Below are positions 18,158 to 29,295 of a stretch of DNA of 64,000 nt, piece after piece. Location of the stretch: the NCBI GenBank assembly GCA_900617105.1, contig UYFQ01000001.1, forward strand, positions 62,001 through 126,000, in the 5' to 3' direction. The stretch's first letter is position 1, and every line of letters begins with the position of its first letter. The translations under genes were made by a program, and so were the position numbers. Below the pieces are notes generated by a model. That model was not told where the DNA came from. It ran no database searches and saw nothing but the letters and a program-made list of their open reading frames with translations. Origin of the DNA: Hydrurus foetidus (lineage: Eukaryota).

Positions 18158-20782
18158 ATGTCGTCCGATCTATTTCGCCACAGTAGCGCAGCTTCTGTGG
18201 CTTCTAGTGCCAAACCTGTATTGCGCCCTGCGGCGCAACCGGCCCCTGCGCAAACGGCTATTTTTCAGCTGTGTTTGCGGCAGGCGTCGGAGAATGGTCG
18301 GGCGTTGATGGATAGCCTGTTGTCTGATGCCGTTGCCTTGGCTCGTGTGCAGGCTGCTGAACCTGCTGCGTTTGCCCCAGTCGGACGCCACGTTGACGCA
18401 ACGGCTTTGGCCCAGGCGGTCACGTTGTTGACACAGCATGCTGCCGCGCTGTGTTTGCATTTTCCTGAAGCACTGCGTCGCGCTTTTGCGCAGACGACTG
18501 ACGAAGTGCCTGCGAAAGACCCGGTGCGCGGCCCTTGGCGCGCCGATCAGTTGGAACTGATGGATGATGAGCAAGTGCGTACACAAATTGCAATTGCACA
18601 TTTGCAGCAAAACGCGCTGCTAGCGACGGATGCCATCCTGACCGAATTGAATGCGTTGATAAGCACGGTTCAAGGCTTTGCTCAGGTCTACAGCGAGCTG
18701 AATCCCCTGCGTCCTGCCAGTTATGCGAATGCCCTGCAAGCGGTTTTCAAGCAATCAGGGGTGACGCAAGTGGTGCAGTTGACATGGCTGCAACTCATCA
18801 CGCCCAGTTTGGGCCGGGCGTTGAGTGAGACTTACACACAAGCCCTCCAATTGATGAAATCTGCGAATACTCAGCCTGCAGCTTACGGGGTGGTGCCCAG
18901 TACCGATATGTCCGTGGTGTCAACTCAGGATGTCGGCCACTACGCTCAACACACCGGATCACCCAATGTCGATGAAACACGCCAGACTGTGCGGCGGTTT
19001 CGTCAAATTTTGGCTGGTAATCCATCTGGCCGCTCAGTAGATTACCGTGTGCAAGATGGGGTTGGGCGTGGTTTCGGTGCTACCGGTATGCGGGCCTCTG
19101 ATAAAGATGACCCCAGTTTTGACCACACCCTGCCTGCTGCGTTGGAAGCGTTGGAAGACATGCAGCAGGTTGAAAAGGCGATGGTGCGCTTGGCGCAGCG
19201 AAAACAACCTGTGCGCCGTGTCCGTGCATCTGCGCACGGTAGCCCGGTTGATCGGCTGTCCAATGAGCGCGTAACCGACGGGCCTGCCCCGCTGGGGGCG
19301 ACTCAGCTTGCGGGCATGGGTAAAACCGAGGTCTATAAAGGCCTGCGCCAGCAAGCAACAGGCGTTGGCCAAGTGCTGGGGCTGGAGGTTGTGGCGTTGA
19401 TGGTGGAAAACGTGGCCAGCGATGCCCGTCTGCTGCCCCCGGTGCAAGCCGTGATTCGCGCTTTGGAGCAACCTTTGCTGCGGCTGGCGATGGTGGATTC
19501 GCGGTTTTTCACCAACAAACAACATCCTGCTCGCCAGCTCTTAGAAGCCATCGTTGCGCACAATGCCCGCTTTGACACCGTGGACAGCACAGCCTTTGCG
19601 CTGTTCATTCAACCCTTGCGGCAGGTGGTGGACGAATTACAGCATGTGCCCATTGATGGCGCAGAGCCTTTCAGCTTGTGCTTGGCCACATTGACCCAAA
19701 TTTGGGAAGAGCAACTCGCACAAGAGCGCGCACGCCAAGAGCAAACCATCAACACCTTGCGCCGTGCCGATCAGCGCAACCAACTGGCCTTGCATGTCGC
19801 TCACGACATACGTGAGCGCATGGATGCGCAGGGCTTATCTGCGGCCATCTTGGCGTTTGCGACCGGCCCTTGGGCGCAGGTGATCGCACACGCCAGACTC
19901 GCAGCCTTACCAGATGGTGCCCGCGACAGCATCAGCGCCGCCTTGAGCCGGGTGGACACCCACCACGCCGTTGGGGTATCTGCTGCGCCTGCAGCTTTGT
20001 TCGGTCATAAACCGGTTGAGACCACCTGGCTGCAAGACCCTGAAACGGCACTGCTGGATGATTTGTTTTGGAGCGTTCACCCTGAGCTGGCCAAAAATGA
20101 CCCCAATCGTTTGGTTAAATTGATTCCCGGCATGTTGGGCCGCTTGCGTACCGGGCTCAAGACCATTGAATACCCGCAAATTGCGACCAATGGTTTTTTT
20201 GATGTGCTGATGGTGTTGCACCAAAAAGCCTTGTTAGCGAAGACCTTGGTGACGGTGACACCACCGCCGCCACCCGACGATTTACTGGATTCTGTGGCCC
20301 CAACCCTTGAGCAAGCGCTGTGGTTGGCCCCCAGTGAAGCGCAAGCCAGTGGTTTCATGCTGGGCGACTTTGACTTGCCGGCCTTTGCCCCTGCATCCAG
20401 TCTGTCGTTTGTGCGATCGACCGCTGTGGCGACTTCGGGCCATGCACCCTTGGATGTACGCAGTCTCCCGGACACCGCCAACGCGGATGCGATTCCGACG
20501 GGTTCCTGGGTTGAAATGCTGCACGACGGTCGTCCGATGAGTGCCCAATTGGTGTGGATCAGCGCTGAACGTACGATGTACATGTTCACCACGCCCACCG
20601 GGCGCAACCAGACGTTGACACGCAGCTCACTGGACAAATTGATTAACCAAGGCGATGTCAAAATCATTCAGCCTCGTGAAGGCTTGGATGATATTTTTGA
20701 GCTGGCCCTGGATGCTGCTGAACAAAATGCCCTGCGTGAAACGCTGGCTGACACTGGTTTTGAAATCACCCGTACCAGTTGA
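18158..20782 (+). CDS. DUF1631-like large helical protein
   Basis: 874 aa; NPLRP, FFTNKQHPARQLL, W..VIA and C-terminal GSWVEM...AQLVW.S...YMF pattern. Confidence 0.65.
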   Translation: MSSDLFRHSSAASVASSAKPVLRPAAQPAPAQTAIFQLCLRQASENGRALMDSLLSDAVALARVQAAEPAAFAPVGRHVDATALAQAVTLLTQHAAALCLHFPEALRRAFAQTTDEVPAKDPVRGPWRADQLELMDDEQVRTQIAIAHLQQNALLATDAILTELNALISTVQGFAQVYSELNPLRPASYANALQAVFKQSGVTQVVQLTWLQLITPSLGRALSETYTQALQLMKSANTQPAAYGVVPSTDMSVVSTQDVGHYAQHTGSPNVDETRQTVRRFRQILAGNPSGRSVDYRVQDGVGRGFGATGMRASDKDDPSFDHTLPAALEALEDMQQVEKAMVRLAQRKQPVRRVRASAHGSPVDRLSNERVTDGPAPLGATQLAGMGKTEVYKGLRQQATGVGQVLGLEVVALMVENVASDARLLPPVQAVIRALEQPLLRLAMVDSRFFTNKQHPARQLLEAIVAHNARFDTVDSTAFALFIQPLRQVVDELQHVPIDGAEPFSLCLATLTQIWEEQLAQERARQEQTINTLRRADQRNQLALHVAHDIRERMDAQGLSAAILAFATGPWAQVIAHARLAALPDGARDSISAALSRVDTHHAVGVSAAPAALFGHKPVETTWLQDPETALLDDLFWSVHPELAKNDPNRLVKLIPGMLGRLRTGLKTIEYPQIATNGFFDVLMVLHQKALLAKTLVTVTPPPPPDDLLDSVAPTLEQALWLAPSEAQASGFMLGDFDLPAFAPASSLSFVRSTAVATSGHAPLDVRSLPDTANADAIPTGSWVEMLHDGRPMSAQLVWISAERTMYMFTTPTGRNQTLTRSSLDKLINQGDVKIIQPREGLDDIFELALDAAEQNALRETLADTGFEITRTS

Positions 20783-20839
20783 GACGCTGCTGTTTGAGCG
20801 TTTTCTCAAAATCTCCGTTGTGTTCTTTCCGGCATTTCC

Positions 20840-21583
20840 GTGATAACTGACCCGTATTTTTACGCCGTAGCTGTCCCTGCCGTGTTGTTGCTGGGGATCA
20901 GTAAAAGCGGCTTTGGTGCTGGTTTTGGGTCGTTGGCTGTGCCCATGATGGCCCTGGCCATTACGGTGCCTCAGGCTGCTGCGATTTTGATGCCGGTGTT
21001 GTTGGTGATGGACCTGCTCGGTTTGGCGGCCTTTCGCAAAAATTACGACAAAGCGTTGCTCAAGTTTTTAATTCCGTTTGGCTTACTGGGCACCTGCATC
21101 GGGGCTTTGCTCTTCAAGGTGCTGGACGCCCAATTGGTGGCGGGTATGGTGGGGGTGGTCACGCTGCTGTTTTTGGCGCAGCGCCTGCTGTTTCCTCCCA
21201 AGGCCGACAGTGCGCCGCCACCCCGTTGGCTGGGTGCTTTGCTGACGATCACTTCTGGCTTTACCAGCTTCATTGCCCATGCAGGTGGCCCTCCCATCAA
21301 CGCGTATGTGATTCCACTGCGCTTGTCTCCCATCACGTTCACGGCGACGATGGCGGTTTTCTTTTTCTTCGTCAATCTGTCGAAATGGGTGCCCTATGCG
21401 CTGCTGGGTCTGCTCGATTGGCGCAACTTTGCCACCTCGTTGGTGCTGCTGCCTTTGGCTCCTGTGGGGGTATGGATTGGCATACGCATCGCCAAACGCA
21501 TCAACCCCGTGCTGTTTTACCGCACGGTTTACACCGGTATGTTTCTGACCGGCTGCAAGCTGGTGTGGGATGCATTGCGGTAG
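20840..21583 (+). CDS. Sulfite exporter TauE/SafE family membrane protein
   Basis: GISKSGFGAG, SFIAHAGGPP repeated halves; hydrophobic. Confidence 0.85.
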   Translation: MITDPYFYAVAVPAVLLLGISKSGFGAGFGSLAVPMMALAITVPQAAAILMPVLLVMDLLGLAAFRKNYDKALLKFLIPFGLLGTCIGALLFKVLDAQLVAGMVGVVTLLFLAQRLLFPPKADSAPPPRWLGALLTITSGFTSFIAHAGGPPINAYVIPLRLSPITFTATMAVFFFFVNLSKWVPYALLGLLDWRNFATSLVLLPLAPVGVWIGIRIAKRINPVLFYRTVYTGMFLTGCKLVWDALR

Positions 21584-21604
21584 ATGGTTTCGTTGAACAG
21601 CACC

Positions 21605-22774
21605 TTAGCGCTGTGCTGCTTTGCTTTTTGGGCGCAGACCCGGTGACACATTCAACGTGATGATTTTCCCTTTGCGCAGCAGCTCAAACGGGGCTGCGGT
21701 GCCTGGTTTGAGGGCAGCCACGTTGGACAGCAGCTCAGACACATTGCGCACTTTGTGTGCAGCCACAGCCGTGATCACATCCCCTGGCTGGATGCCCGCT
21801 TGTGCCGCTGGGCCGTTTTGCAGTACGCCAGTGATGATGACCCCTTCAAAAGGAGCGCCGTTTTCACTGCCTTGGGGGGGCTTGACGCCGAAAGTTTCGG
21901 CCAACTCGGGGGACAGGTCTTGCGGCTCCACGCCAATCCAGCCGCGTGTGACTTGGCCATCTTTCACAATGCTTTCCATCACTTGTTTGGCGGTGGACAC
22001 GGGTATCGCAAAACCAATGCCCATGCTGCCGCCTGAACGCGAATAAATGGCGGTGTTGATGCCCAGCAGGTTGCCGTTCACGTCCACCAGCGCACCACCT
22101 GAATTGCCAGGGTTGATGGCCGCATCGGTCTGGATGAAGTTCTCAAACGTGTTGATGCCCAGGTGGTTGCGACCCAGTGCGCTCACGATGCCGCTGGTGA
22201 CGGTCTGGCCTACGCCAAAGGGGTTGCCAATGGCCAGCACCTGATCGCCCACTTGCAGCGCGTCAGAGCTGCCCAGTACGATGGTCGGCAGTTTGTCGAG
22301 TGCGATTTTCAGCACGGCCAGATCGCTGTCGGGATCAGTGCCAATCACTTTGGCCTTAGCGCGGCGGCTGTCGTTCAGCACCACTTCGATTTCATCCGCA
22401 CCTTCCACCACATGGTTGTTGGTGAGGATGTAGCCGTCAGCGCTGACGATCACCCCGCTGCCCAAGCCGCCTTGCGATTCTTGGCCCTGTTCGCCAAAGA
22501 AGAATTTAAACCAGGGGTCGTTGGCATGCGGGTTGCGCGCAGCGGTTTTGCTGGTATTGATGCTGACTACAGTGGGGGATGCTTTTCGAGCTGCACCGCT
22601 TAAACTACCAGCGTGAGATGCTATGGATGTTGTAGCGGGTGCTTCGATGGTCGCGACCAATCCCGTCAGCGAGGGGCGACGGTTTAGCCACTCGGGTTTG
22701 AGTGTGGCGGTGACGAAGTACGCAGCGACCAGAACGGTCACAGTTTGAGAGAAAAGCTGCCAGAGGCGTTGCAT
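21605..22774 (-). CDS. HtrA/DegQ-family serine protease with one PDZ domain
   Basis: TNNHV, DLAVL, GNSGGAL catalytic triad; start set at MQRLW. Confidence 0.92.
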   Translation of the reverse strand: MQRLWQLFSQTVTVLVAAYFVTATLKPEWLNRRPSLTGLVATIEAPATTSIASHAGSLSGAARKASPTVVSINTSKTAARNPHANDPWFKFFFGEQGQESQGGLGSGVIVSADGYILTNNHVVEGADEIEVVLNDSRRAKAKVIGTDPDSDLAVLKIALDKLPTIVLGSSDALQVGDQVLAIGNPFGVGQTVTSGIVSALGRNHLGINTFENFIQTDAAINPGNSGGALVDVNGNLLGINTAIYSRSGGSMGIGFAIPVSTAKQVMESIVKDGQVTRGWIGVEPQDLSPELAETFGVKPPQGSENGAPFEGVIITGVLQNGPAAQAGIQPGDVITAVAAHKVRNVSELLSNVAALKPGTAAPFELLRKGKIITLNVSPGLRPKSKAAQR

Positions 22775-22852
22775 GGTGAGGCTGTATGGGGTTGGTGTGA
22801 AGGGTGTAACGCCTAAATTGTAGGCGGCTGTCGGTCGGGCTATGCTGTGCCC

Positions 22853-23266
22853 ATGTCCCAACGCCCGACTTCTCACCGCATCATCTACATGGAGCCCGCT
22901 GCGCCGCTCAAGCCGCTAGAAGGGCAGCCGTGCAATGGCTGTGGTGTGTGCTGCCTGACTGAGCCTTGTCCCTTGGGTGTATTGCTGACCGGACGGCGTA
23001 CTGGGGCGTGTGATGCGTTGCGCTGGGATGCTGAGGCCGGGCTTTACCGTTGCGGTGCTTTGAGCGAGCCACTAGCGGTGCTTACCTCACGCTTGCCAGC
23101 GGTGTTGCGGGGGGTCTCCCCGCTGTTGGCGCGTGGGTTGCCGCGTTTGGCCCGGCGCTGGATTTCGGCGGGCAGTGGTTGTGATTGCAGTCTGGAGGCC
23201 GCACATGAGGGGCTCGAAGGGCTGGTCAATGAGCCAACAAAAGGGCCGACTACACTGCCTCCATGA
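22853..23266 (+). CDS. Small Cys-rich (Fe-S/Zn cluster-like) protein
   Basis: CNGCGVCC...C...C...C...GCDC. Confidence 0.65.
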   Translation: MSQRPTSHRIIYMEPAAPLKPLEGQPCNGCGVCCLTEPCPLGVLLTGRRTGACDALRWDAEAGLYRCGALSEPLAVLTSRLPAVLRGVSPLLARGLPRLARRWISAGSGCDCSLEAAHEGLEGLVNEPTKGPTTLPP

Positions 23267-24024
23267 TGATTTCACAACACGCCCTGTTAGCCTTTTTTGA
23301 CACCCTGTTGCAGCCTGAGCGCTTCAAAGACTACGGGCCGAACGGCTTGCAGGTGGAAGGTAAGAGCGAAATCCGCCATATCGTTTCTGGTGTTACCGCC
23401 AGTCTTGCTTTGATTGACGCGGCCATTGCCGTGAAGGCGGATGCTGTTTTTGTTCACCATGGCCTGTTTTGGCGCGGCCAAGAGGGTCGTGTGACGGGCT
23501 GGATGCGCCAACGGCTCAAAGCCTTGCTGACCCATGACATAGCCCTGTTTGCCTACCACTTGCCGCTGGACGCGCATCCCACGTTGGGTAACAACGCCCA
23601 GCTCGCGCAACATCTCGGCTGGCAGGTTTTGGAGGGGTCAGCAGGGCACTTTGGCGAGAACGGTTTGGGGTGTTTGGCTGATGTGGCTTTTGCCGATGCC
23701 AAAACCCTTGCAGTGCATGTTGAAAACAAACTGAATCGCCCTGTGGTGCTTGTCTCTGGTGCGCAGCAAGCTATTAAAAAGATAGCATGGTGTACCGGTG
23801 GTGCGCAGGGCTATTTTGAAGCCGCCATCGCCGCCGGGGCGGATGCGTTCATCACTGGTGAGATTTCAGAGCCCCAAGCCCATTACGCCCGTGAGCTGGG
23901 CGTGGCCTACATCGCCTGCGGCCACCATGCCAGCGAACGCTATGGCGCACCGGCGGTGGCCGCCCATGCGGCTGCGCAGTTCGGCTTAACGCACACCTTT
24001 ATCGACATTGACAACCCCGCCTGA
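23263..24024 (+). CDS. Nif3-like dinuclear metal centre protein (YbgI-like)
   Basis: DYGPNGLQVEG, VHHG, YHLPLDAH, GHHASE. Confidence 0.92.
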   Translation: MMISQHALLAFFDTLLQPERFKDYGPNGLQVEGKSEIRHIVSGVTASLALIDAAIAVKADAVFVHHGLFWRGQEGRVTGWMRQRLKALLTHDIALFAYHLPLDAHPTLGNNAQLAQHLGWQVLEGSAGHFGENGLGCLADVAFADAKTLAVHVENKLNRPVVLVSGAQQAIKKIAWCTGGAQGYFEAAIAAGADAFITGEISEPQAHYARELGVAYIACGHHASERYGAPAVAAHAAAQFGLTHTFIDIDNPA

Positions 24025-24028
24025 AGCC

Positions 24029-25087
24029 ATGACTGTTACCACCCTCACGCGACCCATCGCCATCACGCTGGGAGATCCGGCTGGGATCGGCCCCGAAATC
24101 ATCGCCAAAGTCTTTCGCGATGCGCCTGAGCTGCTGCAAGGTTGCTTTGTGGCGGGTGATGTGGCCACTTTGCGCCGTGCGGCACAGCTCATCAGCCGTG
24201 AGGGGCAAGTTCCTCTGTCCGTGGCGCAGATTGATACGCCTCAGGCTACTTTCAGTGTGCCGCCACAGTGCATTCCTGTGCTGCAAATTTCAGAGCAGCA
24301 TATGCTGATCCCCTTTGCTCTAGTGAGTGGAATCGCCGGGAAGATGGCCGGGGATGCGGTGCTGTGGGCGGCGCGTGCGGCATTGGCCGGTGATGTGTCC
24401 GCCATCGTGACGGCGCCTCTGCACAAAGAGGCGCTGGCTGCTGCGGGGTTACCGTATTCCCAATACCCTGGGCACACCGAAATACTGCAAGCCGAGGCCG
24501 CTGCATTTTTGGGGCTGCCGGTGCGGGATGTACCGGTGCGGATGATGCTGGCTAACGAGGAGTTACGCACGGTGCTGGTCAGCATCCACATGTCATTACG
24601 GGATGCCATTGAAGCCGTGACGTTCGATCGTGTCTTGCAAACTTTGCGCATCACGGATGTAGCCTTGCGTGCCAGCTTAGGCCGTGCGCCGCGCATTGCC
24701 GTTGCAGGGCTGAACCCTCATGCCGGTGAAGGCGGGCTGTTTGGGCATGAGGAGCAAACCATCATTCAACCTGCGATTGCCGCTGCGCGCTCAGAAGGAT
24801 TGGAGGTGCATGGCCCGTTTGCGCCAGACACGGTGTTCATGCGGGCCAGGGCAAAGTCCGGTCAACCTGGGGAGTTTGATGTGGTGGTGGCGATGTACCA
24901 CGATCAGGGCTTGATCCCCGTCAAGTACCTGGGGGTGGAGCAGGGCGTGAATGTGACGCTTGGCCTGCCCCTGGTGCGAACCAGCCCTGACCATGGCACT
25001 GCGTTTGATATCGCAGGCGCGGGCAGGGCTGACGCGTCGAGTTTGCTGGCTGCGGTGCGTATGGCACGCCAGCTTCAAAAGGCGTGA
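24029..25087 (+). CDS. pdxA: 4-hydroxythreonine-4-phosphate dehydrogenase
   Basis: GDPAGIGPE, GHTE, NPHAGE, MYHDQG, RTSPDHGTA. Confidence 0.92.
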   Translation: MTVTTLTRPIAITLGDPAGIGPEIIAKVFRDAPELLQGCFVAGDVATLRRAAQLISREGQVPLSVAQIDTPQATFSVPPQCIPVLQISEQHMLIPFALVSGIAGKMAGDAVLWAARAALAGDVSAIVTAPLHKEALAAAGLPYSQYPGHTEILQAEAAAFLGLPVRDVPVRMMLANEELRTVLVSIHMSLRDAIEAVTFDRVLQTLRITDVALRASLGRAPRIAVAGLNPHAGEGGLFGHEEQTIIQPAIAAARSEGLEVHGPFAPDTVFMRARAKSGQPGEFDVVVAMYHDQGLIPVKYLGVEQGVNVTLGLPLVRTSPDHGTAFDIAGAGRADASSLLAAVRMARQLQKA

Positions 25088-25091
25088 AAGT

Positions 25092-25520
25092 TTATTTCTT
25101 CAGGCTGTCGCGGATTTGACGCAGCAGCATGATGTCTTCAGGGGTAGCAGGTGCTTCAACCGGTGTCGTTGGTGCTTCTTTTTTCAGTCGGTTCATTTGC
25201 TTAATCATCATGAAAATGATGAATGCCAAAATCGCAAAGTTCACGGCCACGGTGATAAAGCTGCCATAAGCGAACACGGGAACGCCTGCTTTCTTCAAGC
25301 CGTCCAGTGTCATGGCGGTGCCGGCGGGGGCAGAACCTAAGGCAATGAACAGGTTAGAGAAGTCCAGTTTGCCAAACACTGCACCCACTATGGGCATGAT
25401 GAGGTCGCCTACGATGGAGTCCACAATCTTGCCAAAAGCGCCGCCGATGATGACGCCGACCGCCAAGTCCATCACATTGCCTTTGATTGCAAACTCTTTA
25501 AATTCTGACATCATGCTCAT
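25092..25520 (-). CDS. mscL: Large-conductance mechanosensitive channel
   Basis: [21 protein letters not shown]...LLRQIRD. Confidence 0.96.
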   Translation of the reverse strand: MSMMSEFKEFAIKGNVMDLAVGVIIGGAFGKIVDSIVGDLIMPIVGAVFGKLDFSNLFIALGSAPAGTAMTLDGLKKAGVPVFAYGSFITVAVNFAILAFIIFMMIKQMNRLKKEAPTTPVEAPATPEDIMLLRQIRDSLKK

Positions 25521-25712
25521 AAATCGTTCCTAGGTGGTATGTTAGGAGTGCGTTTATAACCGACGCGATAGGTTGCTTGTGCTGTGTTTGCCCTGTATAG
25601 AAGTCTTTAAGACACAATTTGTCACATTTTTTGCTATGAATTTTAATGATGGTCGCTCAGCTACAATCCTCAGTTAACCCCCATATAACAGTGAAGTTCA
25701 TCGAGGAATGCC

Positions 25713-26327
25713 ATGAGTGACACCCTTGTCGACACCAGCGAGATCGACGCCAGCAAAAGAACGTGGCTGATAGCCTCAGGATGCGCAGGCGCAGTAGGCG
25801 GTGCAGCCGTCGCCGTTCCCTTCGTTAGTTCCTTTCAACCCTCTGAGAGGGCCAAAGCGGCCGGCGCAGCAGTTGAGGTGGATATTTCTGCCCTCAAGCC
25901 CGGCGAAAAAATGACGGTGGAGTGGCGCGGTAAGCCAGTCTGGATCATTAAGCGCACGCCTGAGCAATTGGCTGTGCTGCCTAAGAATGACGGTTTATTG
26001 GCCGATCCTAAATCTGAGCGCAAACCCGGTGAATTAACACCCGACTATGCTCGAAACGAAGGGCGTTCCATCAAGCCCGAAATTTTCGTGGCTGTGGGTA
26101 TTTGCTCTCACCTAGGATGTTCTCCGTCGGATAAGTTCCAGATGGGCGCACAACCGTCGTTACCTGACGATTGGAATGGCGGCTTCTTATGCCCTTGTCA
26201 TGGTTCCACCTTTGACATGGCTGGCCGTGTGTACAAAAACAAACCTGCACCCGATAACCTTGAGGTGCCCCCTCACATGTTCTTAACCGATGCGCGCTTG
26301 CTCATTGGTGAAGACAAGAAGGCATAA
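25713..26327 (+). CDS. petA: Cytochrome bc1 Rieske Fe-S subunit
   Basis: CSHLGC and CPCHGS Rieske motifs; Tat-like leader. Confidence 0.96.
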   Translation: MSDTLVDTSEIDASKRTWLIASGCAGAVGGAAVAVPFVSSFQPSERAKAAGAAVEVDISALKPGEKMTVEWRGKPVWIIKRTPEQLAVLPKNDGLLADPKSERKPGELTPDYARNEGRSIKPEIFVAVGICSHLGCSPSDKFQMGAQPSLPDDWNGGFLCPCHGSTFDMAGRVYKNKPAPDNLEVPPHMFLTDARLLIGEDKKA

Positions 26328-26344
26328 CAAGGAAGCATACGATC

Positions 26345-27757
26345 ATGGCTGCTCAATTCAATGAAATTTCTCCCAATGCCTCAGCAGGCGCAAAGCTGCT
26401 GAACTGGGTTGATAACCGCTTTCCCGCTTCAAAACTCTACAAGGAGCATTTGAGCGAGTACTACGCACCTAAGAATTTCAATTTTTGGTACATGTTTGGT
26501 TCATTGGCACTGTTGGTGCTGGTGATTCAAATCGTGACCGGTATTTTCTTGGTCATGCACTACAAGCCTGATGCGGCCTTAGCTTTCGCCTCGGTCGAAT
26601 ACATCATGCGCGATGTGCCTTGGGGCTGGCTGATTCGCTACATGCACTCAACAGGTGCCTCAGCGTTTTTTGTGGTCGTTTACTTGCACATGTTTCGTGG
26701 TTTGCTCTATGGCAGCTACCGCAAGCCGCGTGAGTTGGTTTGGATTTTTGGTTGTGCCATTTTCTTGTGTCTGATGGCAGAAGCCTTTATGGGCTACCTG
26801 CTTCCTTGGGGTCAAATGTCCTACTGGGGCGCTCAGGTGATCGTGAACTTGTTCGCTGCAATTCCGTTTGTGGGCCCTGATTTGGCCTTGTTGATTCGCG
26901 GCGACTACGTGGTCGGTGATGCAACTTTGAACCGTTTCTTCAGCTTCCATGTGATTGCCGTCCCTTTGGTGCTACTAGGTCTGGTTGCTGCACACATCAT
27001 TGCTCTGCACGAAGTGGGTTCTAACAACCCTGATGGTGTGGAAATCAAAGGCCCTAAAGCCCCGCGTGATGCGCAAGGTCATCCCCTTGACGGTATTCCA
27101 TTCCATCCGTATTACACCGTTCACGACATTTTTGCGGTCAGCATGTTCTTGATGGTGTTCACTTCCATCATTTTCTTTGCGCCTGAATTGGGGGGGTACT
27201 TCTTGGAGTACAACAACTTCATTCCTGCTGACTCATTGAAGACACCTGCTCACATTGCACCTGTCTGGTACTTCACGCCGTTCTATTCGATGTTGCGCGC
27301 TATTACCGGTGAAATGATGTACGCCTTGATCGCTTGCGTGGTGTTAGGTGCTGGCTTTGGCATCTTCAAAGCCAAGTTACCCAGTATTTTCAAACCCGTG
27401 ATCGCCGTGGTAGCCGTGGGTGTGATCGCTATGATGCTGAGCATTGACGCGAAATTTTGGGGTGTCGTCGTGATGGGTGGCGCTGTGATTATTTTGTTCT
27501 TCTTGCCTTGGTTGGATTACAGCCCCGTCAAGTCGATCCGCTACCGTCCTGATTGGCACAAGTATTTGTATGGCATTTTCGTCATTAATTTTGTGGTGTT
27601 GGCCTACTTGGGCGTACAGCCACCTTCCGCTTTGGGCGAGCGTGTTTCCCAAGTCGGCACCTTGTTCTACTTCGGTTTCTTCTTATTGATGCCTGTGTGG
27701 AGCCGCATCGGTGAGCCGAAGCCTGTGCCTGACCGTATCGTCTTCGTGGCGCATTGA
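26345..27757 (+). CDS. petB: Cytochrome b
   Basis: RYMHSTGAS, PWGQMSYWG, PVWYF. Confidence 0.96.
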   Translation: MAAQFNEISPNASAGAKLLNWVDNRFPASKLYKEHLSEYYAPKNFNFWYMFGSLALLVLVIQIVTGIFLVMHYKPDAALAFASVEYIMRDVPWGWLIRYMHSTGASAFFVVVYLHMFRGLLYGSYRKPRELVWIFGCAIFLCLMAEAFMGYLLPWGQMSYWGAQVIVNLFAAIPFVGPDLALLIRGDYVVGDATLNRFFSFHVIAVPLVLLGLVAAHIIALHEVGSNNPDGVEIKGPKAPRDAQGHPLDGIPFHPYYTVHDIFAVSMFLMVFTSIIFFAPELGGYFLEYNNFIPADSLKTPAHIAPVWYFTPFYSMLRAITGEMMYALIACVVLGAGFGIFKAKLPSIFKPVIAVVAVGVIAMMLSIDAKFWGVVVMGGAVIILFFLPWLDYSPVKSIRYRPDWHKYLYGIFVINFVVLAYLGVQPPSALGERVSQVGTLFYFGFFLLMPVWSRIGEPKPVPDRIVFVAH

Positions 27758-27773
27758 GCGAAGGATCATCACC

Positions 27774-28541
27774 ATGAAAAAATTTATTCTCGGATTAGTG
27801 GTTGCATCGGGTTTGGCATTCGGTGCTTTGGGTAACGCCTCTGCCAACAGCGAGGGCATTGTGTGGGACAAAGCGCCTAATAAGACCAATGACCTCGGTG
27901 CCTTGCAAAATGGTGCTAAGTTGTTTGTTAACTACTGCTTGAACTGTCATTCTGCGGCTTACATGCGTTACAACCGCTTGAGAGACATCGGTTTGACTGA
28001 AGTACAGATCAAAGAAAACCTGCTGTTCGCCACTGATAAAGTGGGTGAAACCATGAAGGCTGCCATTGATCCCAAGCAGGCGAAAGACTGGTTTGGTGCA
28101 AATCCTCCCGATCTGACTGTGATTGCTCGCTCACGCGCAGGCCACGGCGGCACCGGTGCAGACTATCTCTACACCTATTTGCGCACCTACTACCGCGATG
28201 AGACCAAAGCCACCGGTTGGAATAACTTGGCGTTCCCCAGCGTAGCTATGCCGCATGTGCTGTGGGAATTGCAAGGCGAGCGTCGTCCGGTGTTTGAGGA
28301 GGCGATGGAGCATGGTCACGAAGTGAAAAACTTCAAAGGCTGGGAGCAAGTGACCCCTGGTTTGATGACCCCTTTGCAGTATGAGCAAAGCATGGGTGAC
28401 TTAGTGAGCTACTTGCAGTGGATGGGCGAGCCTGCACAAAACACCCGCGTTCGTGTGGGTGTGTGGGTGCTGCTGTTCCTATGTATGTTCACATTGATTG
28501 CATGGCGCTTGAATGCCACGTATTGGAAAGACGTTAAGTAA
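27774..28541 (+). CDS. petC: Cytochrome c1
   Basis: CLNCH heme motif, PPDL, C-terminal TM anchor. Confidence 0.95.
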   Translation: MKKFILGLVVASGLAFGALGNASANSEGIVWDKAPNKTNDLGALQNGAKLFVNYCLNCHSAAYMRYNRLRDIGLTEVQIKENLLFATDKVGETMKAAIDPKQAKDWFGANPPDLTVIARSRAGHGGTGADYLYTYLRTYYRDETKATGWNNLAFPSVAMPHVLWELQGERRPVFEEAMEHGHEVKNFKGWEQVTPGLMTPLQYEQSMGDLVSYLQWMGEPAQNTRVRVGVWVLLFLCMFTLIAWRLNATYWKDVK

Positions 28542-28651
28542 TTTACCTCCCACTTGGGACATCTGTCCCGGTGGTTTCAGAGTGGGAATGTCATCGCGGC
28601 TCAACCGCGGAAATGACTTCCCGCTCTTTTTGATTTTTAGGAGCTTCTGCC

Positions 28652-29263
28652 ATGATGGTGTTGTATTCAGGAACCACTTGCCCGTTTTCCCACCGCTGCC
28701 GCTTTGTGCTGTTTGAAAAAGGCATGGACTTTGAAATTCGTGATGTTGACCTGTACAACAAGCCCGAAGACATCAATGTCATGAACCCTTATGGGCAAGT
28801 GCCTATCCTCGTTGAACGTGATTTGATTTTGTATGAGTCCAACATCATCAATGAGTACATTGACGAGCGCTTTCCACACCCTCAATTGATGCCTGGCGAC
28901 CCCGTTGACCGTGCTCGCGTGCGTTTGTTTTTGCTGAACTTTGAGAAAGAACTCTTTGTTCATGTGACAACGCTGGAAACCCGTGGTGTCAAGAACAACG
29001 AAAAGGCTTTGGAAAAAGCCCGTGCCCACATTCGTGACCGCTTGACCCAGTTGGCCCCCGTATTTTTGAAAAACAAATACATGCTGGGTGACAGCTTCTC
29101 CATGCTGGACGTGGCGATCGCGCCGTTGCTGTGGCGTTTGGATTACTACGGTATCGAGCTAAGTAAAAATGCTGCGCCTTTGTTAAAATACGCCGAACGC
29201 ATTTTCTCGCGTCCGGCCTACATTGAAGCGTTGACACCTTCCGAAAAAGTGATGCGCAAGTAA
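28652..29263 (+). CDS. sspA: Stringent starvation protein A (GST fold)
   Basis: NPYGQVP, LYESNII, ERFPHPQLMP; synteny petABC-sspAB. Confidence 0.93.
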   Translation: MMVLYSGTTCPFSHRCRFVLFEKGMDFEIRDVDLYNKPEDINVMNPYGQVPILVERDLILYESNIINEYIDERFPHPQLMPGDPVDRARVRLFLLNFEKELFVHVTTLETRGVKNNEKALEKARAHIRDRLTQLAPVFLKNKYMLGDSFSMLDVAIAPLLWRLDYYGIELSKNAAPLLKYAERIFSRPAYIEALTPSEKVMRK

Positions 29264-29295
29264 CTGTAAAACTGTAAAGGCTGGCTAGACTTGTG